NCBI GenBank assembly: GCA_964386905.1
Contig: CAYLUP010000002.1
Coordinates: forward strand, 64,522 to 128,521
DNA from: an uncultured Candidatus Saccharibacteria bacterium
GTDB taxonomy: Bacteria > Patescibacteriota > Minisyncoccia > Phycocordibacterales > UBA6899
Direction of reading: 5' to 3'
DNA: 64,000 nucleotides
Part shown: piece by piece, positions 10,133 through 18,851 of the stretch
Layout of the letters: every line of letters begins with the position of its first letter
Numbering within the stretch: the stretch's first letter is position 1
Position numbers and translations under genes: made by a program
The notes under the pieces: model-generated
What the model was told of the DNA's origin: nothing
The model's input: only the letters and a program-made list of their open reading frames with translations
The model's database searches: none

Positions 10133-10150
10133 AATATTATAGCATGAAAG
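10133..10150 (-). promoter_or_regulatory. Extended -10 promoter element (TGcTATAAT) for the DsbA-like gene.
   Basis: The reverse complement of 10127-10160 reads ...catgctataatattctcactATG. It contains a perfect TATAAT with an upstream TG, about 12 nt from the start codon, implying a short leader. Confidence 0.35.
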
Positions 10151-10169
10151 AGCGGTGGGTGGGGAGGAG

Positions 10170-10520
10170 TGATTAGGGAATACGGTGGTTAGTGGATAGT
10201 GGATGGTGGATAGGAAGAAAATGACTAAAGGGTGTGGGGTAAGGGAAAAGGGAGGGAGGAAGAAGTGAATAGTGGTACGTGAATAGAAAGTCATGAGTCA
10301 TGAGTCATCAGGTGTGAGAAGGAAGTATTTAGTATGCAGAATGAAGGACAATGTATTGTCATTGCGACGGCCCCGAGTCCGCGAGGGTCGGTGGCAATCC
10401 AGGACTGTGTTTGAGGATAGAGAATGGAGAAAGGTAAGAATGATTTATGATTTAAGAATTGTCATTGCGACAACCTTGAGTCTTCGAGAGTTGGTGGCAA
10501 TCCAGGATTGTATTTTGGGT
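10170..10520 (+). repeat. Composite intergenic repeat, upstream copy. It contains a purine-rich ggtggatRg microsatellite, a gagaatggagaaRggtaagaatgatttatgattta block, and two copies of a ~57-bp tgtcattgcgac...ggtggcaatccaggaYtgt element.
   Basis: The same blocks recur at 11262-11440 on the other side of engB. The 57-bp element is found at about 10352-10410, 10458-10512 and 11377-11434, and contains the imperfect inverted repeat attgcgac/gtggcaat. Confidence 0.6.
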
Positions 10521-10696
10521 ACAGGAGAAGGGGTATGGAGGATGGGGGCAGGAATCGAGTTCTATCCACAATCCACTTTCCACTATTCACCGCATCTCTT
10601 CTATGCTATTGTCATTTTATGCAGAAAAACTCTCAACAAAAATTGAATCGCATGGGCCCGTCTGGTTCTGTGAAAGCTGGTATTGGTCGCGCAGGC

Positions 10697-11260
10697 ATGA
10701 ATGTCAGATTCGTGAAAGGTATCCAAGGATCAGATTCTGTACTCCAGGTACCGTACCCACAAATTGCCTTTGTCGGAAAATCAAACGTTGGGAAGTCGTC
10801 AACTATTAATGCACTCCTTGGTGGGACATTTGCACGCGTTTCGGCTGTTCCAGGAAAGACACAAGAGATCAATTTCTATTCCGTAAATGACAAACTCTTT
10901 GTCGTTGATCTTCCGGGGTATGGATATGCCAAACTCCCAATCCCTGTTGCGGAAAAAATCCGCAAACATATTTTGTGGTATCTCGGAGAAGGTGAGGTGC
11001 GACCGGAGATGATTGTTCTTATTATTGACGCACGGCACGGTATGACTGATCAAGATAAGGAACTTCTTCATATTTGCGAGCAAGAGCATCATTCAATTCT
11101 TGTGGCTTTGAATAAATGGGATAAGTTGAATCAATCAGAACGCGTAAAAGCAGAACGTGCTCTTACTGCTGAATTTCCGCATGTTGAATGGATGGCAATT
11201 TCAGCGGAAAAGAAGTACCACATTGCGGAGCTGTATGAGAAGTTGCGGTTGGGAAGATAG
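10697..11260 (+). CDS. engB: Ribosome biogenesis GTPase EngB/YsxC.
   Basis: G1 motif FVGKSNVGKSSTINAL, the G2/G3 context GKTQEINFY...VVDLPGYGYAK, and NKWDKL (G4). The tool ORF (10508) starts inside the repeat, so the preferred start is MNVRF at 10697 (alternatively 10652). Confidence 0.8.
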   Translation: MNVRFVKGIQGSDSVLQVPYPQIAFVGKSNVGKSSTINALLGGTFARVSAVPGKTQEINFYSVNDKLFVVDLPGYGYAKLPIPVAEKIRKHILWYLGEGEVRPEMIVLIIDARHGMTDQDKELLHICEQEHHSILVALNKWDKLNQSERVKAERALTAEFPHVEWMAISAEKKYHIAELYEKLRLGR

Positions 11261-11261
11261 G

Positions 11262-11440
11262 AGTACGGTGGATGGTGGGTGGTGGATGGTGGATGGTAAG
11301 AGAATAGAGGATAGAGAATGGAGAATGGTAAGAATGATTTATGATTTATGAATGAAGATTTAAGAATGAATACTTTGTATTGTCATTGCGACAATCTCGA
11401 GTCTTCGAGAGTTGGTGGCAATCCAGGACTGTGTATGGTG
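11262..11440 (+). repeat. Composite intergenic repeat, downstream copy (same family as 10170..10520).
   Basis: It reads tacggtggatggtgggtggtggatggtggatggtaagagaatagaggatagagaatggagaatggtaagaatgatttatgattta...tgtattgtcattgcgacaatctcgagtcttcgagagttggtggcaatccaggactgtg. It is in direct orientation to the upstream copy. Confidence 0.6.
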
Positions 11441-11465
11441 GATGGTGGACAGAGAAAGAGTATAA

Positions 11466-11498
11466 AAAATAAAAAAATCCCCGAGAGGGGATTTTTTT
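11466..11498. terminator. Bidirectional terminator: A-run, tcccc-gaga-gggga, T-run.
   Basis: A perfect hairpin flanked by A7 and T7 lies between convergent engB (+) and the RRM gene (-). Confidence 0.6.
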
Positions 11499-11502
11499 GA
11501 GA

Positions 11503-11793
11503 TTACCACTGCTGGCGTGGGCGGAATTCGCGCTGTGGGCGATCCTCCTTTGGGCGAGCGATGTTCACCGTAAGGCGGCGTCCACCGAACTCCTTGTCAT
11601 GCCACATGTCGATAGCTGCATTTGCCATCTCTTCAGTCTCCATTTCAACGAAACCAAAACCACGTGAGCGGCGAGTTTCGCGATCTGTTACGATTGAAGC
11701 TGACACTACAGTACCTGCAGTTGCAAAAGCGTCCTTGAGCTCCGCATCTGTTGTTGAATATGGGAGACCACCGACGTAAAGCTTTGTTGTCAT
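11503..11793 (-). CDS. RNA-binding protein with a single RRM domain.
   Basis: RNP2 KLYVGGLPY and RNP1 RGFGFVEM motifs. The sequence reads MTTKLYVGGLPYSTTDAELKDAF...RSRGFGFVEMETEEMANAAI. The tool ORF's 5' extension lacks similarity, and the internal ATG at 11793 gives a typical ~96-aa RRM protein. Confidence 0.75.
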   Translation of the reverse strand: MTTKLYVGGLPYSTTDAELKDAFATAGTVVSASIVTDRETRRSRGFGFVEMETEEMANAAIDMWHDKEFGGRRLTVNIARPKEDRPQREFRPRQQW

Positions 11794-11948
11794 ACTACTC
11801 GGAAAAATTGAACGAATAATCGTGAACGACCTTCCCGAGTAACCTAGGCAGAACCCAAATGCACGAGAATAACACGAACAGCATAATGATACAGGAAATA
11901 GAAAATTATGCAACTGTTTCTTTTTTGGCCATCTGATACACTGCATAT

Positions 11949-12173
11949 GTGAATATTCGCGTGAAAGTACAACTGAACATGAAGCAAGAGTCAGTCTTTC
12001 CTTTATCAGATGGGCGTTTTCAGGTTGCTGTATCAGCAGATCGAAAACACGGGGAGGCGAACATACGCATTGCTAAACTCCTCGCCGAATATTTTGCTAT
12101 TCCTTCATCGTCTGTAGTCCTTGTTTCTGGACACACCCAGTCGACGAAAGTATTTCGGGTATATGGAGCGTAG
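11949..12173 (+). CDS. DUF167/YggU-family small protein.
   Basis: 74 aa. The pattern ...VKVQLNMKQESV...GEANIRIAKLLAEYFAIPSSSVVLVSGHTQSTKVFRV matches the YggU consensus (G.AN..L...LA..L......i.lv.G..s..K.v.i). Confidence 0.6.
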   Translation: MNIRVKVQLNMKQESVFPLSDGRFQVAVSADRKHGEANIRIAKLLAEYFAIPSSSVVLVSGHTQSTKVFRVYGA

Positions 12174-13466
12174 GTGGATAGAGAGTCGAGACCCACGACT
12201 CTCTCTCCATGCTATACTATGTTTATGTTGGACTTTCTTTCGGAGAAAACACGAACACCTCTTCTGCATGGAAGTATTTTAATCGCATGCTCTAGCTTTT
12301 TAGTTTTTCTCTTCTGGAATATCTTCTCTGTGGCGCCTGTGTCTTTTTTTCATTCGTCCTTTTCTTATTTTTGGTTTTTTTTGGCGCTTTTTTTTGGGTT
12401 ACTTTCACAAACATCTTCATCCGCATTTCCATATCTTTTTACTTTTCTCCCATCGACACGTGAACGAGATCGGTTTGTTCCAATGCGTGCAGTGACGTAT
12501 GCATTCACTGTGCTTATACTTGCACTTGGTGTTGGTATGTCGACCTCATATTTGGGCTTTCCTATTTTTACGGCTCTCACGATATTTCCCTCGAGAGAAG
12601 TAGTGTTTGCTTCACTATGCATTGTGTCACTTTTGGTTGCATATGGAATGGGGCTGTATTGGACTGGTCTTATGTCCCATTCTCCTTCGTCATCACAGGC
12701 ACTTCGAATTCCTTTCGTGTATCGCTACCACAAAGTATTGAGTGATATCGTCTACGCTGGTTTCTCCTTTATTCTCGACATTGTTCCATTTTTATGGCTG
12801 CCTCTGCTGGACATCCTACTTCGTGGCGACATGCTCTATGGGTTATACGTATTGCTTGCATTTGCAATCGGGAGAATCCTTCCCGTTATCGTAGTCTCCA
12901 TATACACAGGATTTCATATCGATCTTTCAGCATGGCTTCTTCAAAAACGTCAGAGTGTACAATATACGATTGCCGGGACGTATATTATTGTCTCCGTATT
13001 TCTCTTTTCTTTTTCCACACAGATGATTACGCAAATTCTCCCATATTTTCGTGATCGTGCGCAGCTTGTCTTTGTGTTCACTGATACGATGCTCCCGATT
13101 TTATTGATTCTTCCACTTTGGATATACTTTTTTGTGCGATTTCGAAAGGTATATAGTTCGCTTTCAGCGCAACTCGCAGATATACGCACACACCTCAATG
13201 CCCTGTTGCGGATCAGGGGACGATTATCGATTCATTGTGCGCTGCTTCCACATTCTCCCCAGCGCTGTCTTTCTTCCATTCAAAATTATATTCAAGATTT
13301 AGACCACGAAGCAGCGGTTCTTTCTTCTGCCGTTCGTCATCAACTTCACACTCCGCTGCGTGCACGTAATGTTCAGGAAAGAGAAGAGCGAAGATTATGG
13401 GTATTGCTTTTACATACTACTGTATGTTCTGTGGCTACGATTGTTCTCTATTATGTATTCTTATAA
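12174..13466 (+). CDS. Polytopic integral membrane protein of unknown function.
   Basis: At least 8 hydrophobic helices (F/L/I-rich). It starts 1 nt after the YggU-like gene, so it is probably co-transcribed. Confidence 0.45.
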   Translation: MDRESRPTTLSPCYTMFMLDFLSEKTRTPLLHGSILIACSSFLVFLFWNIFSVAPVSFFHSSFSYFWFFLALFFGLLSQTSSSAFPYLFTFLPSTRERDRFVPMRAVTYAFTVLILALGVGMSTSYLGFPIFTALTIFPSREVVFASLCIVSLLVAYGMGLYWTGLMSHSPSSSQALRIPFVYRYHKVLSDIVYAGFSFILDIVPFLWLPLLDILLRGDMLYGLYVLLAFAIGRILPVIVVSIYTGFHIDLSAWLLQKRQSVQYTIAGTYIIVSVFLFSFSTQMITQILPYFRDRAQLVFVFTDTMLPILLILPLWIYFFVRFRKVYSSLSAQLADIRTHLNALLRIRGRLSIHCALLPHSPQRCLSSIQNYIQDLDHEAAVLSSAVRHQLHTPLRARNVQEREERRLWVLLLHTTVCSVATIVLYYVFL

Positions 13467-13489
13467 ACATAGACCATCGTGGTGATGGT

Positions 13490-13861
13490 CTATTCTTCTT
13501 CCTCAACATACTCTGAAATAATTCTTCTTGCCTCATCTGCATCACACTGTGTGATGGCGATGAGATACGCTTCATATGTTTTTGGAGCTTGTTCTTTCAT
13601 GTTTTGTTCTAATTCATCCCGGAAAAGTGTGTACGCACGGAAGGCTTCCTCTTTGTGAGCACCCCCTGTCGAAATAAGCTCGCTCCAGTGTGCAATGCCC
13701 ATTGCCTTTAAGAAAAAATAAAAACACGCAGTGTTTTGTGCGTCATACATATTGAGTTCTTGCCCACTCAGCTGTCCACGTTCAGGGGATAGTAGTATGT
13801 GTAGGGCTTCGACAAGTGACTCGTTATTCCGTTGTCCTCGCTCGAGAGACATATGTTTCAA
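13490..13861 (-). CDS. Hypothetical acidic protein.
   Basis: ORF with protein-like composition that overlaps the NUDIX gene stop by ~38 nt, so its true start may be at an internal ATG. Confidence 0.35.
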   Translation of the reverse strand: MKHMSLERGQRNNESLVEALHILLSPERGQLSGQELNMYDAQNTACFYFFLKAMGIAHWSELISTGGAHKEEAFRAYTLFRDELEQNMKEQAPKTYEAYLIAITQCDADEARRIISEYVEEEE

Positions 13862-14264
13862 TATGAGGCTTGATGGATGTGAAGAATGCTTTGTCTCGAG
13901 GGTGTGTTAATCGGTCAACGACCTCTTCGACTGGCGTCCAGAGGGCACCGGTAATTTCACTGCTGTGTGGTGTGAGATTTTCATCTTGTGTTGTAAAAAG
14001 ATACATCGTGATTGTACGAAGCTCGTCACTATCTGTCGGGTGTTTCTTGATACGCATTCGCTCGTAGAACCCGAGTGGTGCAATAAAAGTGAGGTGACTT
14101 TCATTTAAGCCGGTTTCTTCCCAGATTTCTCTATATGCAGCTTCTTTCGGGCTTTCTTCGTTTTCAACATGACCTTTTGGAAAAGACCATGAATCATGGT
14201 TTTGATTGACAAGGGCGATGCCTTTTTCTTGATGATAAATCACTCCTCCTGCAACGTGTATCAT
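13824..14264 (-). CDS. NUDIX hydrolase.
   Basis: Nudix box GHVENEESPKEAAYREIWEETGL (Gx5Ex7REuxEExGu) preceded by FPKG. Confidence 0.75.
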   Translation of the reverse strand: MIHVAGGVIYHQEKGIALVNQNHDSWSFPKGHVENEESPKEAAYREIWEETGLNESHLTFIAPLGFYERMRIKKHPTDSDELRTITMYLFTTQDENLTPHSSEITGALWTPVEEVVDRLTHPRDKAFFTSIKPHIETYVSRARTTE

Positions 14265-14334
14265 TTTCGTATTCTAGCATGCGCGATTATTTTTTCCACT
14301 GCAGAACATTCATGGTCTGTGGTATACTATAAGC

Positions 14335-15816
14335 GTGAATCTGTTTTTTGAAAGAACAGTGATTCTGGTAACAGTCCTCGTTTCTGGGGCGTTTTTTGGT
14401 CTGCATGCTTTTGCTCAAGTTTCCGGAGATGGTGTCCCACCGAAGCTTTCAAACATTATTGTTTCTGACGTCACCGCAACAAGTGCTGTTGTGACGTGGG
14501 AGACAGATGAGGAGGCAGATTCGGAAGTGAATTATTGTTTGACAAAGGATTATGGTATTGCACGAAATCCTGTTGCCGACAAGAAACAGCACCGCATGTT
14601 TTTGGAAAATCTTGATCCATCCACACTCTACCACCTACGTGTCGGTTCGAAAGATACTGGAGGGAATCAGGCACTTTCTGGAGATTATACATTCTTTACA
14701 CAGGGAGTGATCCAAGTAAAAACATTGGAGCGGCTCGTTCCAGAGGAGCGCATTAACGTTGAAAAAGTTGTTCAAATTCTTCAGCGTGTTGAGTCCCAAG
14801 AAGCTCTCGAGATTATTCAGCAGGAAGTTACAAAAGCGATAAAAAAGAATACCGATCCGCCACTTATTATGGGTCCACCGAATATCAAAGAAATCGGCAT
14901 GGACTATGTGATTGTTGAGTGGGTGACCGATGAAGAATCTTCTTCTATTGTCGAGTATGCGCGAGAGCAGGAATATGATGCATCTGTCCCAGATCGCTAT
15001 TCTTCTCAGACAACAGATGCGGCGATGACAAAAGAGCACATTATTCGTGTTGTGGGCCTCAACCCTGGAACGATGTATCACCTTCGTGCGGGCTCAGAGA
15101 ATGGTGTTGGGTTGACTGGGTATTCGAGAGATGTGACATTCCAGACGAAGTCGCCAATGCCAACAATCCAGAGTTTTCGTGTGATTAAGGCAGAGGCAGA
15201 TAGCGCGACATTGGGCTGGAAAACGAGTGTACCTGCAGCAGGTATTGTTGAGTATACCGATATTAAAACAAAAGAAGTTCGCTCGGCCGGTTCTCCTATT
15301 TTTGCCTCAACGCAGGCAGTAAAAATTGCAGGCTTGAAACTGGGCGCGCGTTATAAAGCAGTAGTGAAAGCAGAGAATGCGGCAGGCGAAAAAACTGTGA
15401 GTGAGCCGCTCTACTTCTCGACAGTGAAAGATACGACACCTCCAATCATCAGTAAGGTCACAAATGAATCAACATTGTATCCAACTGCGGAGGCAAAAGT
15501 GCAGACTATCATTTCGTGGGCAACTGATGAGCCAGCATACTGTACGATGCATTATCGCGCTGGACTGAATCCGAGCATCGAACCCGTTCATCGCGAAGAA
15601 GAGAGAGAACCAAGAACAAATCATGTGGAAGTTGTTATTGAGTTTATGCCGTCAACGGTGTACCAATTCTGGATGACTTGCCGTGACTCTTCTCGTAATT
15701 CTGCAGAGTCAGAAAAGTTTGTACTCTTCACCCCAAATAAGGAAAAGAGCATTATTGATATCATCCTCGAAAACTTTGAAGGCGCATTTGGATGGGTAAA
15801 GAATATTGGAAAATAA
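14335..15816 (+). CDS. Secreted protein with four fibronectin type III-like repeats.
   Basis: N-terminal signal/TM VILVTVLVSGAFFGLHAFA. Four ~95-aa modules each contain a W...(E/D) core and a tyrosine corner, for example PPKLSNIIVSDVTATSAVVTWETDEEADSEVNY...YHLRVGSKDTGGN and ...EWVTDEESSSIVEYA...YHLRAGSENGVG. Confidence 0.6.
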   Translation: MNLFFERTVILVTVLVSGAFFGLHAFAQVSGDGVPPKLSNIIVSDVTATSAVVTWETDEEADSEVNYCLTKDYGIARNPVADKKQHRMFLENLDPSTLYHLRVGSKDTGGNQALSGDYTFFTQGVIQVKTLERLVPEERINVEKVVQILQRVESQEALEIIQQEVTKAIKKNTDPPLIMGPPNIKEIGMDYVIVEWVTDEESSSIVEYAREQEYDASVPDRYSSQTTDAAMTKEHIIRVVGLNPGTMYHLRAGSENGVGLTGYSRDVTFQTKSPMPTIQSFRVIKAEADSATLGWKTSVPAAGIVEYTDIKTKEVRSAGSPIFASTQAVKIAGLKLGARYKAVVKAENAAGEKTVSEPLYFSTVKDTTPPIISKVTNESTLYPTAEAKVQTIISWATDEPAYCTMHYRAGLNPSIEPVHREEEREPRTNHVEVVIEFMPSTVYQFWMTCRDSSRNSAESEKFVLFTPNKEKSIIDIILENFEGAFGWVKNIGK

Positions 15817-15817
15817 T

Positions 15818-15846
15818 AAAAAACTACACACTGTGTGGTTTTTTGT
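15818..15846 (+). terminator. Rho-independent terminator (aaactacac-act-gtgtggttt followed by a T-run).
   Basis: Hairpin with a 3-nt loop and T-run immediately after the TAA at 15814-15816. Confidence 0.5.
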
Positions 15847-15903
15847 TGTTGCGGCGGTGGTGTGCATATGGTAGGGTGTGCCCAGATTCTTTCGAGGTGT
15901 TAC

Positions 15904-16422
15904 ATGAAAATCGTTCTTACTGGTTTTGTCCTTCTGGCAGCACTTTTTGGATGTCGATCGCCGTATGCTCATCCACAGTCTGGTGTGACGGTCGTGAGCG
16001 TATATCCTCGACCTGGCGAAAAAAAAGTATCCAATTTTGCTGTTCTCAGTATTACATTTTCGAAGCCGCTTTCGTTGCATAAAGATGCCTTCCGTGTTTA
16101 TCTTTTAGGACAACGTACACAGAGTATCGTTCCGGGTTTTATTTACCCATCAAGAGATATGATGACGTATTCTTTTGTCCCAACATATCCATACAAGAAA
16201 GGGGAGCGATATTGCGCAGTTCTTCGCGGATATCCACCGCTGTATTTTTATGGAAACGATTCTCTCGTCTGGGACTTCCAGATTGAGCGTAAGGGCGTAT
16301 TTGAATGGTTTTCGTCACTGTGGGAAAAAGAAGAGCCTCCACCGCGTTTTTATTTTCACGGTGGACCTCTTCAGGAGGTTCCTGGGAATGTGGAGGGGCC
16401 ACACTCATTTCGTCCATATTAA
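15904..16422 (+). CDS. Lipoprotein with an Ig-like (SbsA/Big-type) domain.
   Basis: Lipobox LAALFG-C in MKIVLTGFVLLAALFGCRSP. The segment VTVVSVYPRPGEKKVSNFAVLSITFSKPLSLHKDAFRVYL resembles an SbsA-type Ig domain. The tool start (15835) lies inside the terminator, so the start is placed at 15904. Confidence 0.5.
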   Translation: MKIVLTGFVLLAALFGCRSPYAHPQSGVTVVSVYPRPGEKKVSNFAVLSITFSKPLSLHKDAFRVYLLGQRTQSIVPGFIYPSRDMMTYSFVPTYPYKKGERYCAVLRGYPPLYFYGNDSLVWDFQIERKGVFEWFSSLWEKEEPPPRFYFHGGPLQEVPGNVEGPHSFRPY

Positions 16423-16433
16423 TCTAAAGAGTA

Positions 16434-16460
16434 AAAAAGTCGCTCGTTGAGCGACTTTTA
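16434..16460. terminator. Bidirectional terminator: aaaagtcgctc-gttg-gagcgactttt.
   Basis: 10-bp stem flanked by A/T runs, between the convergent lipoprotein gene (+) and the histidine kinase gene (-). Confidence 0.6.
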
Positions 16461-17417
16461 TAATGGAACAATCATTGTAAATGCAGTCTGTTCTTCGGAT
16501 GATGAAATCGTGAGTTCAATGTTAAGAATATCTGCGAGGAGGTGTGCAGTGTGTGGACCGAGTGATGCAGATTCCATTTCGCCGGTGTGAGGATTTCTAA
16601 TGACACGGGAAAAGATGTCTTTTTGAACGTATTCTGGTGCTGGAGGTGCGTTGTCTGCAATGATAATTTTAACCCCGGAACCATTTTCGTGTTGAGTGCG
16701 AAATGCACGAATCGTGATTGTGTCTGTTGCACCACGTGTTCGCTCAAGACTGTAGGTATAAAGCGATTGGATAATATCTGCGAGAACAACATGGTCTGTG
16801 GTGGCGAGAAGGGTTTCAGGTGGAGGAATAAATGCAAGATGAGAACCATGTGCAAGTGTTCTCCGTGACATTATTGAAAGGACGTTCTCTATTGTCGCTG
16901 CAATATTTCCTTGTGTTTTTGTGATGACAACTTCTTTGCGGTCAATGCGTGAGAGGAGGACAAGGTTGCGGACAATATCTAGAATGTGATCATTACGGTC
17001 ACGAATATGGAGAAGGGTCTCCTGGTCTTGTTTTGAGAGAGATTCGAAGGAGGGTTCGAGCGTGCGAATACCCCATTTCATTGCGGTACTTGCTTCGGCA
17101 ATGTCGCGGGACGCAATGTGTGTGAATTCATTGCGAAGGGCTTCAATTTCTGATTGGTGTTGGAGGGCCTGCTCTTTCTTCTCGATATTGTTTTGTAAGC
17201 GATTGACAAGTAAAAAGAGGAGAAACATGAGTGCGGCAGCAACAGAAATTTCTGTAACGAGTGCTACCTCTGTTTCCAAGTAGAGGTCCGCATATTTTTG
17301 TGTCAGAACAATGATTGCAACACTAAAGGTTCCAAAAATAAGGCTCGCAAAAGCGGGACATTTGTAGAATGGAATGCCGAGTCGTTTGCATGCAGAACGT
17401 GATGAGGTACTTGCCAT
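16458..17417 (-). CDS. Membrane-anchored sensor histidine kinase with a divergent ATPase G-box.
   Basis: Two N-terminal TM helices. H-box-like segment ALRNEFTHIASRDIAEASTAMKWGI. HATPase-like C-terminus VKIIIADNAPPAPE...FSRV...GEMESASLGPHTAHLLADILNIELTI, in which SLGP replaces the usual GLGL. Confidence 0.5.
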   Translation of the reverse strand: MASTSSRSACKRLGIPFYKCPAFASLIFGTFSVAIIVLTQKYADLYLETEVALVTEISVAAALMFLLFLLVNRLQNNIEKKEQALQHQSEIEALRNEFTHIASRDIAEASTAMKWGIRTLEPSFESLSKQDQETLLHIRDRNDHILDIVRNLVLLSRIDRKEVVITKTQGNIAATIENVLSIMSRRTLAHGSHLAFIPPPETLLATTDHVVLADIIQSLYTYSLERTRGATDTITIRAFRTQHENGSGVKIIIADNAPPAPEYVQKDIFSRVIRNPHTGEMESASLGPHTAHLLADILNIELTISSSEEQTAFTMIVPL

Positions 17418-17509
17418 GTTTCTAGTATACCTTGATTTCGCTTCCTTCGTATTTGTTTATCCACTCTCCCAGTGTTCATATGGAAGAGTTTTTGATACAA
17501 TAGGAACGT

Positions 17510-18847
17510 ATGGCGAAGCCAATTGTGCACGTTGATCACGTTGAGATTACCTATAATATCGGACAGGAGAACGAATTCAAGGCAAATAAAGGAACAACGC
17601 TCGAGGTCTTTGAACAGGAATACATTATTTTATTTGGTCCTTCTGGGTGTGGAAAGTCAACTCTCCTCTACTCGATTTTTGGCGTCCTCGCTCCATCTGC
17701 AGGAAAGATTTTTGTAAATGGTGAATCGATTTATGATTATGCTCCAATGGAAATGGTGTATTTCCAGCGCAAGACAATGGGAATCATGTATCAGCAGTTT
17801 AACCTGATTCCATCAATTACTGTTTTGGACAATGTTGCACTTCCATTAATTTTTGATGGTGTAGGACCGCGCGAACGAGAACTTCGTGCAATGGAATTGT
17901 GTAAACGTTTCTCTGTGGATGCAGTTGTTCACAAGCTTCCAACACACTTATCTGGAGGTCAGCAACAGCGTGTGTCTGCGGCACGTTCACTTGTTAATGA
18001 TCCATTAATTTTGATTGCTGACGAGCCTGTCGGCAACTTGGACTCCGTTACTGCTGCTGCAGTCATGGCAACGCTCGATGAAATCAATCAGCGCGACAAA
18101 AAGACGATTTTTTTGGTTACGCACGACGCGAAACTGCTCCCTCGTGCGCACCGTGTTGTATATATGACAGATGGTCGTGTTGCGCGTATCGTCCCAAATC
18201 CAGAGAAAGAACAAATTATGCGCATGGAGGCTGGATCTACGATTGTCACTGAGATTGAGCAGGTTGCCCGTATCTATCCGTATGACTCTCCAAAAGAACT
18301 CCAAGCAAAGAGTCTTATTAATTATCTCATTGAAGAGCTTTCATTTGATCAGATTACCAGATTGCAAAAACTCACTGAGCAAGTTATCGATGGGCGCATG
18401 GATTATCCGCAGTACATGCAAATATTAATGCGCAGCGAGCTTGATGGGGGAATTGGTATTCCAGTCGCACGTGCAAGTGGAATGGTGGAAAAGCTGAAAC
18501 ACATTCTTGAGTTCTCTCGTGATGTCGCGAGGTATCGTCGAGCGTCGGGCGATGGGGAGATGGAGACGTACATTCGAAATTCGGAATATGTCAATCGTAT
18601 CGCAGAGTTTTTGAGCACACAATCTGGAATCACGCTCACCCCAAAAGCAAAAAGCTCCTTTGAGGATATCATTAAACAGCGCATTGGTGGATTTACTAGA
18701 AAAGAAGAATTTACAGCACAGCTTCAGTTCAAGTTGGAGGATGGCGGTGTTGGTTTGAATGCAAAACAAGCGTTTGATGTGACGCGACTTCTTGAAAAAT
18801 TGATTGCACTTGGTACACAACACTTAGCACATCACGGAAAACATTAG
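17510..18847 (+). CDS. ABC transporter ATP-binding protein (MacB/LolD/FtsE-like) with an atypical ~220-aa C-terminal extension.
   Basis: Walker A GPSGCGKST, signature LSGGQQQRVSAARSL, Walker B LIADEPVGNLD and H-loop VTHD. Residues ~225-445 have no recognisable family. Confidence 0.8.
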   Translation: MAKPIVHVDHVEITYNIGQENEFKANKGTTLEVFEQEYIILFGPSGCGKSTLLYSIFGVLAPSAGKIFVNGESIYDYAPMEMVYFQRKTMGIMYQQFNLIPSITVLDNVALPLIFDGVGPRERELRAMELCKRFSVDAVVHKLPTHLSGGQQQRVSAARSLVNDPLILIADEPVGNLDSVTAAAVMATLDEINQRDKKTIFLVTHDAKLLPRAHRVVYMTDGRVARIVPNPEKEQIMRMEAGSTIVTEIEQVARIYPYDSPKELQAKSLINYLIEELSFDQITRLQKLTEQVIDGRMDYPQYMQILMRSELDGGIGIPVARASGMVEKLKHILEFSRDVARYRRASGDGEMETYIRNSEYVNRIAEFLSTQSGITLTPKAKSSFEDIIKQRIGGFTRKEEFTAQLQFKLEDGGVGLNAKQAFDVTRLLEKLIALGTQHLAHHGKH

Positions 18848-18851
18848 GCAT

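Noticed and set aside
9359-10147. 262-aa + strand ORF antisense to the DsbA-like gene.
   Set aside because: Cys/Leu/Phe-rich antisense translation with no motif. The minus-strand frame carries a clear thioredoxin CxxC fold and a TM anchor.
10170-11440. CRISPR array interpretation of the repeats around engB.
   Set aside because: There are only three copies of the 57-bp unit, with spacings of ~50 and ~870 bp. The units are imperfect and embedded in a larger composite repeat, and a housekeeping gene sits between copies. This is not CRISPR-like.
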